The notes below the pieces were generated by a model. It did no database searches. It was not told the origin of the DNA and saw only the letters and a program-made list of their open reading frames with translations. Positions 1 to 11,187 of a stretch of 64,000 bases of DNA are shown in pieces. The translations under genes were made by a program, and so were the position numbers. This DNA comes from a cyanobacterium endosymbiont of Rhopalodia gibba (lineage in GTDB: Bacteria > Cyanobacteriota > Cyanobacteriia > Cyanobacteriales > Microcystaceae). Position 1 is the first letter of the stretch; the number at the start of each line of letters is the position of its first letter. The DNA lies in the NCBI GenBank assembly GCA_045159875.1, contig CP067995.1, positions 576,001 through 640,000 of the forward strand, in the 5' to 3' direction.

Positions 1-2
1 AC

Positions 3-164
3 CAAGATAGTACCATTCGTCGGACTGCTGATCGCGTAATTTTTCTTTATGGAGGTGTAATCCAATGGGAAGGTGCCGTTGACGAGATCGATAGTAATGA
101 TAACCCTCTAATGCGACAATTTTTTAGTGCTAGTGTTCAAGGCCCAATTCGAGTCATCGATTAA
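3..164 (+). CDS. 3' end of ABC transporter ATP-binding protein (MlaF/TGD3-like), truncated by window start
   Basis: Manual translation QDSTIRRTADRVIFLYGGVIQWEG...NPLMRQFFSASVQGPIRVID*, typical of the MlaF C-terminus; lies directly upstream of an MCE gene. Confidence 0.8.
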   Translation, partial: QDSTIRRTADRVIFLYGGVIQWEGAVDEIDSNDNPLMRQFFSASVQGPIRVID

Positions 165-244
165 GCTATATAGAAGACAATTTATTAAATGAAACATATC
201 CAAGTAATTGTCCTTCATATTCTTAGACAAAGTGAGGAGAAACC

Positions 245-1657
245 ATGCTACGAATGCGAACCATTCAAGAAGGCTCGGTGGGCTTATTTGCTCTCTTGGG
301 ACTAGTTTTGTTTGGAGGACTGGTAATCTGGTTACGCGGGGGAGTCTTAGGTAAAAAAAGCTATCAAATTCAGGCGACTTTCAAAGATGTAAGTAGTCTA
401 CAAATTGGGGCTCCTGTGCGTTATCGAGGGGTAGCAGTGGGAAAAATTGCTGGACTTCAACCTAGAAGTAATGGAGTCAAGGTATTGCTTGAACTTTCTT
501 CTACTGATTTACGGATTCCCAAGAACTCTACAATACAGATTAACCGCTATGGACTGATTGGAGAAGCTTCAGTCGATATTACCCCATCGATAAATTTATC
601 TGAGCAAGCCTTAGCTATTGACCCCACCAGTGCTGAATGTCTTGATAAAAGTCTAATTATTTGTGACAGTGATGAGATTACAGGAGAAACCGGTTCTCAA
701 TTAGTAGAATCGTTAACTAAACTTAGTAATGCTTATAGTGATCCCAAATTTGTCAAAAATCTCAGTGATGCTTTCGCGAGTGTCTCCGTTGCTGGGAGCA
801 AAGTTGCTAAATTAACCGATGAAATAAGTCTTTTTTCTAAAACTGCCCGTCAAGAAGTTGGAGGCACTTCTGAGGCCATTGGAAAAATTAATCAGGCGGC
901 TGAAGATACCTCTCAATTAATGCGTACTGTTAACACAGTAGTTGCTGAAAACCGTAATGATCTCAATCGAGTGATTAATAATATGGCAAACTTAGTGGCT
1001 AATCTAGATGGATTAGTGGCAGAAAGTAGGAAAAATATTATTAGCACGTTAAATAGTTTGGAAAAAACTAGTGATCAAGTGCGGACTGTTGCCATTGATC
1101 TAGGAAAAACCGTTAATCAAGTGAACCAAGGAATCGATTCGATAAACACCCAACAAATTGCCAGAGATTTAGAATTCTTAATGGCCAATGCGGCTGAAAT
1201 GTCAGAAAATTTACGAGATGTTTCAAAATCAATTAGTGATCCTCAAGTCATTTTAACTGTTCAAAAAACCCTGGATTCAGCACGAGTTACTTTTGAAAAT
1301 GCCCAAAAAATTACCTCAGATGTAGAAGAATTGACCGGAGATCCTACCTTTAGAAATAATGTGCGTAAGTTAATGAATGGATTGAGTAACTTGGTTTCTT
1401 TTACTAATCAATTTGAACAACAACTCTATACTGCTCAACTGATGGAATCAGTAACAGCACAGTTAGAATATAACATAGATGTACAAAGGAGTTTAGCTAA
1501 TTCAAATATCCCTAAGCAAGAAAAAAGTTTTTTCCCTAGAAAGCCTATCTCTGAAGCTTTTCTTGTGTCTCCCATTACAACATCAGTTAAACAATTCAAT
1601 AATCCCCTTGAGATAGTTTCTCCCGCGAAAAATTTAAAAGAAATCCAAGAAGAATAA
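245..1657 (+). CDS. MCE/MlaD family lipid transport protein (Ycf22/TGD2-like)
   Basis: N-terminal TM helix, MCE motif LQIGAPVRYRGVAVGKI, long helical C-terminal region. Confidence 0.9.
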   Translation: MLRMRTIQEGSVGLFALLGLVLFGGLVIWLRGGVLGKKSYQIQATFKDVSSLQIGAPVRYRGVAVGKIAGLQPRSNGVKVLLELSSTDLRIPKNSTIQINRYGLIGEASVDITPSINLSEQALAIDPTSAECLDKSLIICDSDEITGETGSQLVESLTKLSNAYSDPKFVKNLSDAFASVSVAGSKVAKLTDEISLFSKTARQEVGGTSEAIGKINQAAEDTSQLMRTVNTVVAENRNDLNRVINNMANLVANLDGLVAESRKNIISTLNSLEKTSDQVRTVAIDLGKTVNQVNQGIDSINTQQIARDLEFLMANAAEMSENLRDVSKSISDPQVILTVQKTLDSARVTFENAQKITSDVEELTGDPTFRNNVRKLMNGLSNLVSFTNQFEQQLYTAQLMESVTAQLEYNIDVQRSLANSNIPKQEKSFFPRKPISEAFLVSPITTSVKQFNNPLEIVSPAKNLKEIQEE

Positions 1658-2027
1658 ACTTTAAGTATCAACTTAAATTTGAGGATTAATAATAATGCAA
1701 AATAATTCTAATGAACTTAGGCAACTGTCTGTTTAATTCTTTCTGGAATCATAACTAATCTCCATATCCATTTCTAAAATAAGTGATGGGTGGACTCTAA
1801 GGACAGGAGGAATAAACTTGAATTTCAATTGCTATTGAAATAACAGAAAATTGGGTAGATAAGTTTTAAAAACGTTATCTAACTCCTTAGTTTCTTAAAG
1901 AGATTACTATCAACTTACCTTTTTTTTAACCATACTTTGGAAAACCTATCGCAATATTGCCCTTATAATGAAAGTTGGTTTACCTTAGCAGATCTTGTTT
2001 TGTATTGAGAGGAGTTACCAAAAAACA

Positions 2028-2390
2028 GTGTTTGTCCTCAATGGCTACGAATATTTACTTGGATTTTTACTGGCATCTAGTTTAGTCCCCATTCTTGCCC
2101 TCACCGCCTCAAAACTTTTGCGTCCCAGTGGAGGAGGACCAGAAAGAGTTACCACCTATGAGTCTGGAATGGAACCTATCGACGGTGCTTGGATCCAATT
2201 CAACATTCGCTATTATATGTTTGCGTTGGTGTTTGTCGTATTCGACGTAGAAACCGTTTTTTTGTACCCCTGGGCAGTAGCGTTTAGTCAATTAGGACTG
2301 TTAGCTTTTGTGGAAGCCCTGATTTTTATCGCGATTCTAGTAATCGCCCTCGTTTATGCCTGGCGCAAAGGCGCACTCGAATGGTCCTAG
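2028..2390 (+). CDS. ndhC: NDH-1 subunit C
   Basis: MFVLNGYEY..., [42 protein letters not shown]; likely GTG start at 2028 after GAGAGGAG. Confidence 0.97.
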   Translation: MFVLNGYEYLLGFLLASSLVPILALTASKLLRPSGGGPERVTTYESGMEPIDGAWIQFNIRYYMFALVFVVFDVETVFLYPWAVAFSQLGLLAFVEALIFIAILVIALVYAWRKGALEWS

Positions 2391-2410
2391 CATCAGCGAT
2401 CAATTGGGAA

Positions 2411-2444
2411 TTGTTCATTGTTCATTATTCATTGTTCATTGTCA
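2411..2444 (+). repeat. Heptamer tandem repeat (TTGTTCA)~5, cyanobacterial STRR-like
   Basis: ttgttca ttgttca ttattca ttgttca ttgtca between ndhC and ndhK. Confidence 0.8.
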
Positions 2445-2448
2445 AACC

Positions 2449-3201
2449 ATGAATCCTAATACTACCCTCGATTTAGCTGCCATTGAGCAGCAACAAAAAG
2501 AAAAAATTCTCAACCCTATTGCTCGCAGTCAAGTTACTCAAGACCTCTCGGAAAATGTCATCCTTACTACCGTAGATGATCTTCATAACTGGGCGCGTTT
2601 ATCAAGTCTCTGGCCACTATTGTACGGAACAGCCTGCTGTTTTATCGAATTTGCTGCTTTAATTGGCTCTCGTTTTGATTTTGATCGTTTTGGTCTAGTT
2701 CCCCGTTCTAGTCCTAGACAAGCAGATTTAATTATTACTGCTGGAACCATCACGATGAAAATGGCTCCGGCATTGGTGCGTCTTTATGAACAAATGCCTG
2801 ATCCCAAATATGTGATTGCTATGGGTGCTTGTACTATTACAGGAGGAATGTTCAGCAGTGATTCTACAACAGCAGTGAGAGGGGTTGATAAGTTGATTCC
2901 TGTAGACGTATACATTCCAGGCTGTCCTCCTCGTCCAGAAGCGATTTTTGATGCAATCATCAAACTTCGTAAAAAAGTCTCTAACGAAACCATTCAAGAA
3001 CGGGCAATGCTAATGGAGCAAACTCACCGCTACTATAGTACAACCCACAATATGAAAGCGGTTGACCCGATTTTAACAGGTAAATATCTACAAACGGAGA
3101 ATCGTCAGGCTCCCCCCAAAGAATTAACTGATGCAATCGGTATGTCTGTTCCCCCCGCTTTAGCGTCCCAGAAACAAAAGGAGGAAATTGAACATGGTTG
3201 A
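2449..3201 (+). CDS. ndhK: NDH-1 subunit K
   Basis: [42 protein letters not shown]; start moved to ATG 2449 (MNPNT). Confidence 0.97.
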   Translation: MNPNTTLDLAAIEQQQKEKILNPIARSQVTQDLSENVILTTVDDLHNWARLSSLWPLLYGTACCFIEFAALIGSRFDFDRFGLVPRSSPRQADLIITAGTITMKMAPALVRLYEQMPDPKYVIAMGACTITGGMFSSDSTTAVRGVDKLIPVDVYIPGCPPRPEAIFDAIIKLRKKVSNETIQERAMLMEQTHRYYSTTHNMKAVDPILTGKYLQTENRQAPPKELTDAIGMSVPPALASQKQKEEIEHG

Positions 3202-3727
3202 AGAAGATAAGCCAGATAATACCTCTGAAGCTAAAGAAACAGCCATTGTTGAAACTGGTCCAGTTTCAAGTTGGTTAATGGAAAATGGCTTTGAGCATGA
3301 AGCCCTTGAGCGAGATCATCTAGGTGTAGAATTGATTAAGGTGGAATCAAAATTCTTGATTCCTCTAGCTACTGCGCTCTATGCCTACGGATTTAATTAT
3401 CTTCAATGTCAAGGAGCGTTTGATTTAGGGGCAGGAAAAGAGTTAGTAAGTTTCTATCATCTCACTAAGGTTACTGATAATAGTGATCGCCCTGAAGAGA
3501 TTCGGATTAAAGTTTTCTTACCTAGGGATAATCCCCGTGTTCCTTCGGTTTACTGGATCTGGAAAGCCTCAGATTGGCAGGAACGGGAGAGTTATGACAT
3601 GTATGGCATTATTTATGAAGGACATCCTGATCTAAAACGGATTTTAATGCCTGAAGATTGGGTGGGTTGGCCATTACGAAAAGATTACGTTTCCCCAGAC
3701 TTTTACGAGTTACAAGACGCTTATTAA
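3194..3727 (+). CDS. ndhJ: NDH-1 subunit J
   Basis: [46 protein letters not shown]; third gene of ndhCKJ. Confidence 0.96.
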   Translation: MVEEDKPDNTSEAKETAIVETGPVSSWLMENGFEHEALERDHLGVELIKVESKFLIPLATALYAYGFNYLQCQGAFDLGAGKELVSFYHLTKVTDNSDRPEEIRIKVFLPRDNPRVPSVYWIWKASDWQERESYDMYGIIYEGHPDLKRILMPEDWVGWPLRKDYVSPDFYELQDAY

Positions 3728-3751
3728 AGTCTCATCAGCAGATTATTAATC

Positions 3752-3790
3752 CCCTTCTGTTTTGTTCAGTTTATCTAACAATCAGAAGGG
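3752..3790 (+). terminator. Hairpin after ndhJ, probable intrinsic terminator
   Basis: CCCTTCTG-TTTTGTT ... AACAA-TCAGAAGGG inverted repeat just 3' of the stop. Confidence 0.6.
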
Positions 3791-3929
3791 TAATTTATAA
3801 AAAAGTTAACTCTTTATATAAAAACTAATATTCTCTACTCAATGAATACAAGAAAGACACAAAAAATGGAGAAGAAATTTATGAACTTTTTCGTAAATAA
3901 AACCTAATATCTCACTATAAAAGGTATTG

Positions 3930-4312
3930 ATTCTGTTCAATTTTTCCAGAATCCGTCCTATAAATCTGGGGGGAAAAGATAGCAAATTAGCTCTTTACCC
4001 TAAAACACTTAATTGTGTTAATAGTCAAAGTTCTATCCCTCAATTTTAAATTGAGCCTCTCCCTCCAATTTCTATTGCTGAATTTTAAAAAGTCATTGAA
4101 GGTCTAGAAAAAGCGAATCTTATAGAAGAGACAGAAAATTATCTTTATGTTATGCCGAATTTAAAACTAAGTTAATGGGTTATGTTGATGATGCAGAATT
4201 TTATCTTTATCTCAACGAAAATGTAATTCATGTTCGTTCTGCATCTCGTTTAGGAAAATTTGATTTAGAAGTAAACCGTCAACGAATAGAGGAAATCCGC
4301 AGTCAACTCTAA
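3930..4312 (+). pseudogene. DUF1499 family pseudogene
   Basis: Fragments FSRIRPINLG..LALYPKTLNCVNSQ, YAEFKTKLMGYVDDAEFY and VIHVRSASRLGKFDLEVNRQRIEEIRSQL* in shifting frames. Confidence 0.8.
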
Positions 4313-4346
4313 AAATAATAATTAAGAAAACCTATTAACTAAATTT

Positions 4347-4950
4347 ATGGCTGAACAATTTATCAAAGACGGACAAGAATATTGGTTTCATAATGATGGT
4401 CATTTTGGGAAAGATTTTCATACCTAATGACCATTTTTAGGTGGGAGGTTCTCAATTTATATGAATGATGGACATACCGCCTTTTTTCCTAGAGGTCCTT
4501 ATAACAAAACCTGGAATATGGCAAAAATGTTGACGCGACTATATCTGAGTAATAAAATTTATAAAGTTATTGTACTTGCTATTTGCTCAATTGACTGCGA
4601 GTATGAGTATACTCATGTCCTTGTTTGGGGTCAGAAATAGGGAGTGCTCGAGCATTATTCTAGTTACGTTGCTAATGATCTTAAATGATAGTGTGTAGAT
4701 GCTAATCGTCGTACTCTCAACGGATTCCTACAATTCAATGGTCTTATGGTCTTCCAATGGGGAGTTAGCTGCTTTTTATCCCCTTATTTGGGATTGGGAT
4801 TAATTCAAGTATCGATTTTTCTGTCTTTAGATTATAAAAATATTTTCTTAGTTCTCTAGAATATTCTGCATTCTTGTTAGAAGTATCAAATACTTTACAA
4901 GATACCAATACTCGGTTGAAAATTCATTTATATTGGAGACTTATTTGGCA
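4347..4950 (+). pseudogene. Putative esterase (alpha/beta hydrolase) pseudogene
   Basis: ATG 4347, in-frame TAA TGA at 4425-4430, then IYMNDGHTAFFPRGPYNKTWNM..KVIVLAIC..YEYTH; degenerate GxSxG-like elbow (WSSNGELAAF) and RLKIHLYW. Confidence 0.65.
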
Positions 4951-6074
4951 GAAAGGATTTTATAATTCTTTTATTAAAGAAAAAGCAACCGTAAAAGGTC
5001 GATAAATGCACGATTTATTAATTTAGATATTTTGGTCATTAGAAAAATAAAAACTTATTTATCGTTGAATATATAAGTAAGTAGTCAACATATTGAAAAA
5101 AATCCTGGTCTAGTCGCATAAAAAATATACCATAAATCTTTTGTAGTTGGTAATTAATTATTCGATATGTTTTTATCTATTTTATACTAGCCATGACAAA
5201 ATAATCAAAAATCAAAGATAAAAGATAAAAGTATTGCCGGACAAAATCTATAATATTACAGAACTTTTCTTATATAAGAACTAGGTTTTTAAAGTAACAA
5301 AATACAATGACAATAATAGTTTAAAAAAATTTAAACTACTAATATATTATATCAGACTCTAATCTAGAAAAAATAAATTCTTTAATTTTTAAAAAAACTA
5401 GAATGAATCATTAGCTACTAATATTAGATATCGCACTATTGGAGTCTTAGTAAGACATAAAAAAAACTAAAATCAAACAAATAAAAAACCAAAAAAAATA
5501 TCGGTAAAAGTTGAGAAGAAAAGACCAACAGTCTCAATGATAAGAACATATTAATTTACATTGATCGAGCAATTTCCTCATGGAAGTTTGTCATAACATC
5601 TTTATGGAACGCTTAGTGATTTCTAAAAATAACTCTAGCTACATGTAGCATAAGAAAATTATTTCTATTCAAAACAACAGCTATTTTAATTTATTCTTGT
5701 TTTAACTCCATATCTTATTAATGTTTCCATGAGCCATGAAATAACTAAAGAAATACTTAATTCGTCAATTGATCTTCAAGAAGTTGAGAGCATTATTGTT
5801 TAACTCTAATTCGAATAGAAGCTGTAAATTTTCCTTTAGTCTGAATTTCCTATTTTTCAGCAGAGAAAATACTGTAGGGAAAGAAAAACACCAGAATTAA
5901 CCAAGTAAAAGTGCCACTAATAAGCATTTCAAGACAATTTTTGACAGTTGATATAGTTAATTTATGCAAGAAAATAGGATAAATAGTTTGTCTTTGATTA
6001 TCAAATTTTTAAGAAAAGAGAATAAAAATAACAGCAAGATTTTTGAGTTAATTAGCTAATCAATTTTCTATTAT

Positions 6075-6123
6075 TTATTTTACTATTAATTATCAAGGTT
6101 CTTGATAATTAATAGTAAAATAA
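6075..6123. repeat. Perfect inverted repeat, 23-bp arms, 3-nt loop
   Basis: ttattttactattaattatcaag gtt cttgataattaatagtaaaataa. Confidence 0.95.
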
Positions 6124-6790
6124 TAACAATATAGATTTGTTAAAAGTGTATCATAATTAATGATATTAGTATATTAGTATTATCTACTAGTTAGTAGAGT
6201 GTAATCTATAACAAAGTTGAGTTACTGTTCAGATGAAGACTATTATTCTAGGTTTTTAGTTAAGAATACAATAGTTCATTCTAAATCTTTTAAAAACTCC
6301 TACCTATTTTTTCCCTTTTGACATTCTATAAGGTTCGGGAAGATACAATTAAGAGCTTATTGCTGGATTAGTTAACAATAATACTTTTATCTAAAAAATA
6401 ATTAATTAGTCTCTAAAAGACTGTTTATCAAGACAAAATAAAAGTAAACATTTTTGAACTACAGTCTACCCCGTTAGCTTGACTGTTAGAAACTTAAAAA
6501 ATAGAACTACATCTATCCCAATATGTAACGATCACATCCAAGGTCATTTTTACTTTATTCGCGTAGAACTAATAGCAGCAATCAAGACTAATATGACAAC
6601 AAAAATTCCAGCGACTAAATAGAATAAATCACCTAAACTTATTTAATAAATAAAGGTTACTACTAAGCAAATACTTAGTAATAATAACACTAGACTATAA
6701 TTCTACCGATATAACAATAATATAATGAAATGGTTTTGAGTACAAAGTACGAGGACACTTTTTCTAACGAAAATAAAATACCTATTATCT

Positions 6791-6818
6791 AAAAAGTCCC
6801 ACTATTTTGGGACTTTTT
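6791..6818 (-). terminator. Intrinsic terminator-like hairpin downstream of the DUF1830 gene
   Basis: aaaaagtccca-ctattt-tgggacttttt, A/T tails on both sides. Confidence 0.65.
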
Positions 6819-6914
6819 AATGATAAACTCATGTACCAAGTCGTAATGTTCTAAAGCCAAAGAAAAGAAAAGGTTATCTAGAAAGATAACCTATGGATTT
6901 GAAAATCTAGTTTT

Positions 6915-7298
6915 TTAAACTAAAGTAAGTCTTAAAGAAGAAGATTTATTTTGAGTGTAATTTGCGTTCACTTCTATCGTACTGTTATTAACAGTTGGGA
7001 CACAAACAGCAATATGTTGTTTGTAGATCTCTTCATCATTCTCCTTATTGACACTTAAACGTTCACAGAGAATAGTATCTGAGAGAATGGCACTTGCCAT
7101 CATTGCGGTATGAATTTCTAATAATGCTTGAGGCACAGCTTCAAACATCAGCTGTTGTCCAGGAAAGACAACTCTCTCAAAATACCAATTCGGAACATTT
7201 GCAATCCGAACAACTTGAATTCTACTTGTCGCGTTTACATAGCAACAAAGGATAATTCTCCTTTGTCCAGTTTGAAGGGAATGGAGAATCTGGTCCAT
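6915..7298 (-). CDS. DUF1830 domain protein
   Basis: ILCCYVNATSRIQVVRIANVPNWYFERVVFPGQQLMFEA..LEIHT signature. Confidence 0.88.
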   Translation of the reverse strand: MDQILHSLQTGQRRIILCCYVNATSRIQVVRIANVPNWYFERVVFPGQQLMFEAVPQALLEIHTAMMASAILSDTILCERLSVNKENDEEIYKQHIAVCVPTVNNSTIEVNANYTQNKSSSLRLTLV

Positions 7299-7760
7299 AG
7301 TAATGGAGGCAATGTGAAGTACGGTTCGTCATTTCCTCTATACCCTAACATTGAGGGCTCTCAACCAACTGTAATTAATATTACATTCAATATTTCTATC
7401 CTAAAACCAGGACACATTTAAAGAGGGAAGATATTGCTAACTTAGACAAAATTCAAAGGAAATCTTTAAAAATTGTTCGTTAAAGTTCTTTGTCTTTAGT
7501 TAATTTAAATAAATATTTTGTTTAGGACTAGCTAAGTTGAATTCACAGTCTCTATTTTTTGATTTAAATTAACCCTTGCTATCTACTCATAATCTCGTTA
7601 AAGTCAAAGATATGTTACAAATTTATCATCGCTTTTAAAAAATTTATTAGATACTGAAGTGATCCTGGGATCGTCTATTGTTGCTTAGCCTAAACTATTC
7701 TTAATCCCCCATTTGCGAGCGATTAACTCTGCTGAACTAATGTTTAAGAAGGATTTGACA

Positions 7761-9329
7761 ATGACACAGCGTATTCTCTATGTTCGTCTCCCCTGTAATC
7801 CCATTTTTCCTATTGGCGTTGTCTATTTATCTGATCACGTTCATAAATTTTTTCCTCAAATTAAGCAAAAAATTCTTGATTTTGGAACAATTCCCCCATT
7901 AGAATTCAAAAAAACTTTAGATAATTGTATCGATGAGTTTAAACCAACTTTGCTAGTATTTTCTTGGCGAGATATCCAAATTTATGCACCTGTTGGTGGT
8001 AGAGGAGGCAATCCCCTACAAAATGCTTTTGAATTTTATTACGCTAAAAACCCTCTAATTCGTTTACGAGGAGCATTAGGTGGATTAAAAGTAACTATTG
8101 CTTACTATGGTGAGATATGGCGAAATATAGGGCTAATTCGGCGTGGACTTAAACGGGCAAAAGAATATCATCCAGAAGCACGTTTGGTTGTAGGAGGCGG
8201 TGCAATAAGTGTGTTTTACGAGCAGTTAAAATCGGATCTTCCCAAGGGGACTATTGTTTCAGTGGGTGAGGGAGAAACTTTACTTCAAAAACTGTTGCAA
8301 GGGAAAGATTTTTCGGAAGAGCGTTGTTATGTTGTGGGAGAGAATGCTCTCCGCGAAAAATTAATCCATGAACCACCAACACCTATTGAAAAAACTGCTT
8401 GTAATTATAAATATATTCAGAGTATTTGGCCGGAATTTGACTATTACTTTCAAGAAAATGACTTTTACATTGGAGTACAAACTAAGCGAGGTTGTCCCCA
8501 TAATTGTTGCTATTGTGTCTATACAGTAGTGGAAGGAAAACAAGTTAGAATCAACCCTGCTGATGAAGTAGTCAAGGAAATGCGCCAACTTTATGATCGA
8601 GGAATTCGTAATTTCTGGTTTACTGATGCCCAGTTTATTCCCGCCCGTAAATTTATTAAAAATACTGAAGAATTATTACAAAAAATTCTTGATTCTGAGA
8701 TGACAGATATTCATTGGGCAGCCTATATTCGGGCAGATAATTTAACTCCAAATTTGTGTGATTTGATGGCTAAAACAGGGATGAATTATTTTGAAATTGG
8801 TATCACTAGTGGTTCACAGGAATTAGTTCGTAAGATGCGAATGGGCTATAAGTTACGAACAGTTTTGCAAAATTGTCGTGATCTTAAAAGGGCAGGATTT
8901 AATGACATGGTATCAGTTAATTATTCTTTTAATGTAATTAATGAAACCTTTGATACCATCCGACAAACTATTGCTTATCATCGAGAATTAGAAAATATTT
9001 TTGGAATTGATAAGGTAGAACCTGCTATTTTCTTTATTGGGCTACAACCCCATACTCATCTCGAAGAATATGCTTTGGAAAATAATATTCTTAAACCTGG
9101 GTATAATCCTATGAGTTTGATGCCTTGGACAGCCAAGAAATTACTTTGGAATCCTGAACCTTTAGGATCATTTTTTGGAGAGGTTTGCCTGAAAGCATGG
9201 AAAGAAAATCCTAATAATTTTGGACAGGAAGTTATGAAAATTCTAGAAAAAAAATTAGGAAAAGCTGATTTAGAAGAAGCCTTAACTGCTCCTATCAAAG
9301 AGAAAAAAAAACAGTTGATAGTAGCTTAG
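7761..9329 (+). CDS. B12-binding radical SAM protein, Slr0320-type ('PSII high-light acclimation radical SAM')
   Basis: ILYVRLPCNPIFPIG N-terminus; CxxxCxxC in KRGCPHNCCYCVY; start placed at ATG 7761. Confidence 0.88.
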   Translation: MTQRILYVRLPCNPIFPIGVVYLSDHVHKFFPQIKQKILDFGTIPPLEFKKTLDNCIDEFKPTLLVFSWRDIQIYAPVGGRGGNPLQNAFEFYYAKNPLIRLRGALGGLKVTIAYYGEIWRNIGLIRRGLKRAKEYHPEARLVVGGGAISVFYEQLKSDLPKGTIVSVGEGETLLQKLLQGKDFSEERCYVVGENALREKLIHEPPTPIEKTACNYKYIQSIWPEFDYYFQENDFYIGVQTKRGCPHNCCYCVYTVVEGKQVRINPADEVVKEMRQLYDRGIRNFWFTDAQFIPARKFIKNTEELLQKILDSEMTDIHWAAYIRADNLTPNLCDLMAKTGMNYFEIGITSGSQELVRKMRMGYKLRTVLQNCRDLKRAGFNDMVSVNYSFNVINETFDTIRQTIAYHRELENIFGIDKVEPAIFFIGLQPHTHLEEYALENNILKPGYNPMSLMPWTAKKLLWNPEPLGSFFGEVCLKAWKENPNNFGQEVMKILEKKLGKADLEEALTAPIKEKKKQLIVA

Positions 9330-10339
9330 TTTATAAGTTAATGTAGAGGAAATACTTAAAACTTTACCAATGATCGTTAAGAGTAGTATAGATTAAATAG
9401 CTCGAACCCTTATTTTTTAATTTTCAATTTTATTAAAAATTAAAGAATACTTGAGAACTATGCAATTCTAGAGTTCTCAATAGGACTGTCAATAAAGCGA
9501 TTTATTTAGTAACTTAGTAAAGACATAATTGGCTAGTTTAACCACTGCTTTCATTGTGAACTACTCAATCTAAACTCTCTATTAGTTTTAATTTGCGGGG
9601 AAATTTTTAACGTTGTTTATCAGTCAATCAAAGTCTCTTTCCTCATTTTCCTTTTAAATTATCTTCTTAAAACTCTTAATCTATCCTTCTACAAATTTAT
9701 TCTATGTTTTTAGAACTTTCTTTCTATTAAGAGAAATTTGTTTTTACATAAAATGCGTAATTTCTGAGAGTTAACTTCTGAGATATTCTCAAGAGTAAAT
9801 ATTATCTTCTTAATTCTGCATAATTTTACTTTTTTAGACACTTATTATTTAGCTAAAGTTGACTGGCTTAAGAAGCTAAATAAAGTTTCTCATAGATTAT
9901 TTATATCTAGATTGTTTTTCTCTCAATTATAAGTAAGCTGTTACTACTAAATTTAGTATGATTCAAAGACAACAAAGTTTTTATGTAGTGTTAGTTCTTT
10001 TAAATAAAGAAGTAATCATAGAGATTATAGAAGGAATAAGATAATCAGTTTTCTCAAAAATACACCGATTATTTCTTGAGGAAGACTCAGACTGGTTATA
10101 TCAGGACCATTGAAATTAGCTAACTGATGTCAGAACGTTTGTTTGTTGCAACTGATTAATAATTAACTTAGTACGAGTATTTTCTCTATTGCAGGTAAGA
10201 ATTAATTTTTTATATAAATATTTTTTTATACACAATTTTTAAGAGTCATTTAAGGTTAATAATTGATTAAAATAGATTGTAGACTAAATTAACTTTATTT
10301 TGAAAAAAATAAGATATAAAAATTACTTTACTGCCTGGC

Positions 10340-10390
10340 TAAGAAACAAGTTTTCTGAAAATTTAAAATTTTCAGAAAACTTGTTTCTTA
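10340..10390. repeat. Perfect inverted repeat, 25-bp arms, 1-nt spacer; possible terminator for 10400-10651
   Basis: taagaaacaagttttctgaaaattt a aaattttcagaaaacttgtttctta. Confidence 0.95.
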
Positions 10391-10399
10391 AAAAGATGT

Positions 10400-10651
10400 T
10401 TAACTTTCAGTCACAAGTTCAGGGTACAATCCTAATTCTTTAGATAACTGACGGGCAAGAAAAATCAGGAACTTTGCTCCATCTTGATTTCCTTCATGAG
10501 CTTGTGCAGTAGCAACTTCCATTAAGGTTTGAACAAAATCTGCATCAATTAAACTTTTGTTAGCATCTAACACATCCGGCTCTTGTCCATTGGGACAACC
10601 GACTAAATCCTGAATTAGTTGAAAATATTGCTGTCGACGAGATTCTGTCAT
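10400..10651 (-). CDS. Small hypothetical protein of cyanobacterial type
   Basis: Intact 83-aa ORF with AAGGAG RBS; RRQQYFQLIQDLVGCPNGQEPDVL..LID motif. Confidence 0.75.
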   Translation of the reverse strand: MTESRRQQYFQLIQDLVGCPNGQEPDVLDANKSLIDADFVQTLMEVATAQAHEGNQDGAKFLIFLARQLSKELGLYPELVTES

Positions 10652-10698
10652 GGGAATGGTTCTCCTTAGGTAAATATCCTGGGTTAAACTTAACTTAC

Positions 10699-11187
10699 TT
10701 AATCGTCGTCTTTGTCAGGGGATTTTGTTAAAACTTCAAATACCGTTGTAGCACAAGATTCTCGATTTTTATCAATTTCTTTCACCCTTTTAGTTATCAG
10801 TTTAGCTTCTTCGAGTTGCCCAAGTTTAGCCAAAATAAACCCTTGCGCTGCGTAGGCATTCATATACAGTCGGATAGATGAATCAAACTGACGATTGACT
10901 AATATGGGCTTTAGTTGCTCCCATTGTAGCGGAAGATTTTCTCTCTCTTGGATAATTCTTAAGATTTTTTTTGCAATCTCGAGAGCAATTTCGGGTTTTT
11001 TTTTATAAAAGAAAAAACGATAAGCTCCTATTAAAACATCAAGGTTATTTTCGGACTTGTTTAGGGCTTCACGTATATATTGTTCTGCTAATATTGTATT
11101 TTCCCAATTGTTAGAAGCTACAATTAATAAAGTTTTTACATCTTCCGATACGTCGTACCAGGACAGTTGATCTTCACTTACTACCAT
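10699..11187 (-). CDS. Hypothetical protein, TPR-like helical
   Basis: Intact 162-aa ORF; AYRFFFYK, AYAAQGFILAKLGQLEEAK; co-oriented with 10400-10651. Confidence 0.75.
   Translation of the reverse strand: MVVSEDQLSWYDVSEDVKTLLIVASNNWENTILAEQYIREALNKSENNLDVLIGAYRFFFYKKKPEIALEIAKKILRIIQERENLPLQWEQLKPILVNRQFDSSIRLYMNAYAAQGFILAKLGQLEEAKLITKRVKEIDKNRESCATTVFEVLTKSPDKDDD

Noticed and set aside
6736..6746. Lone TTGAGTACAAA box resembling the nif promoter motif
   Set aside because: No companion boxes at 72/127-bp spacing, no full core, and no gene downstream in that orientation
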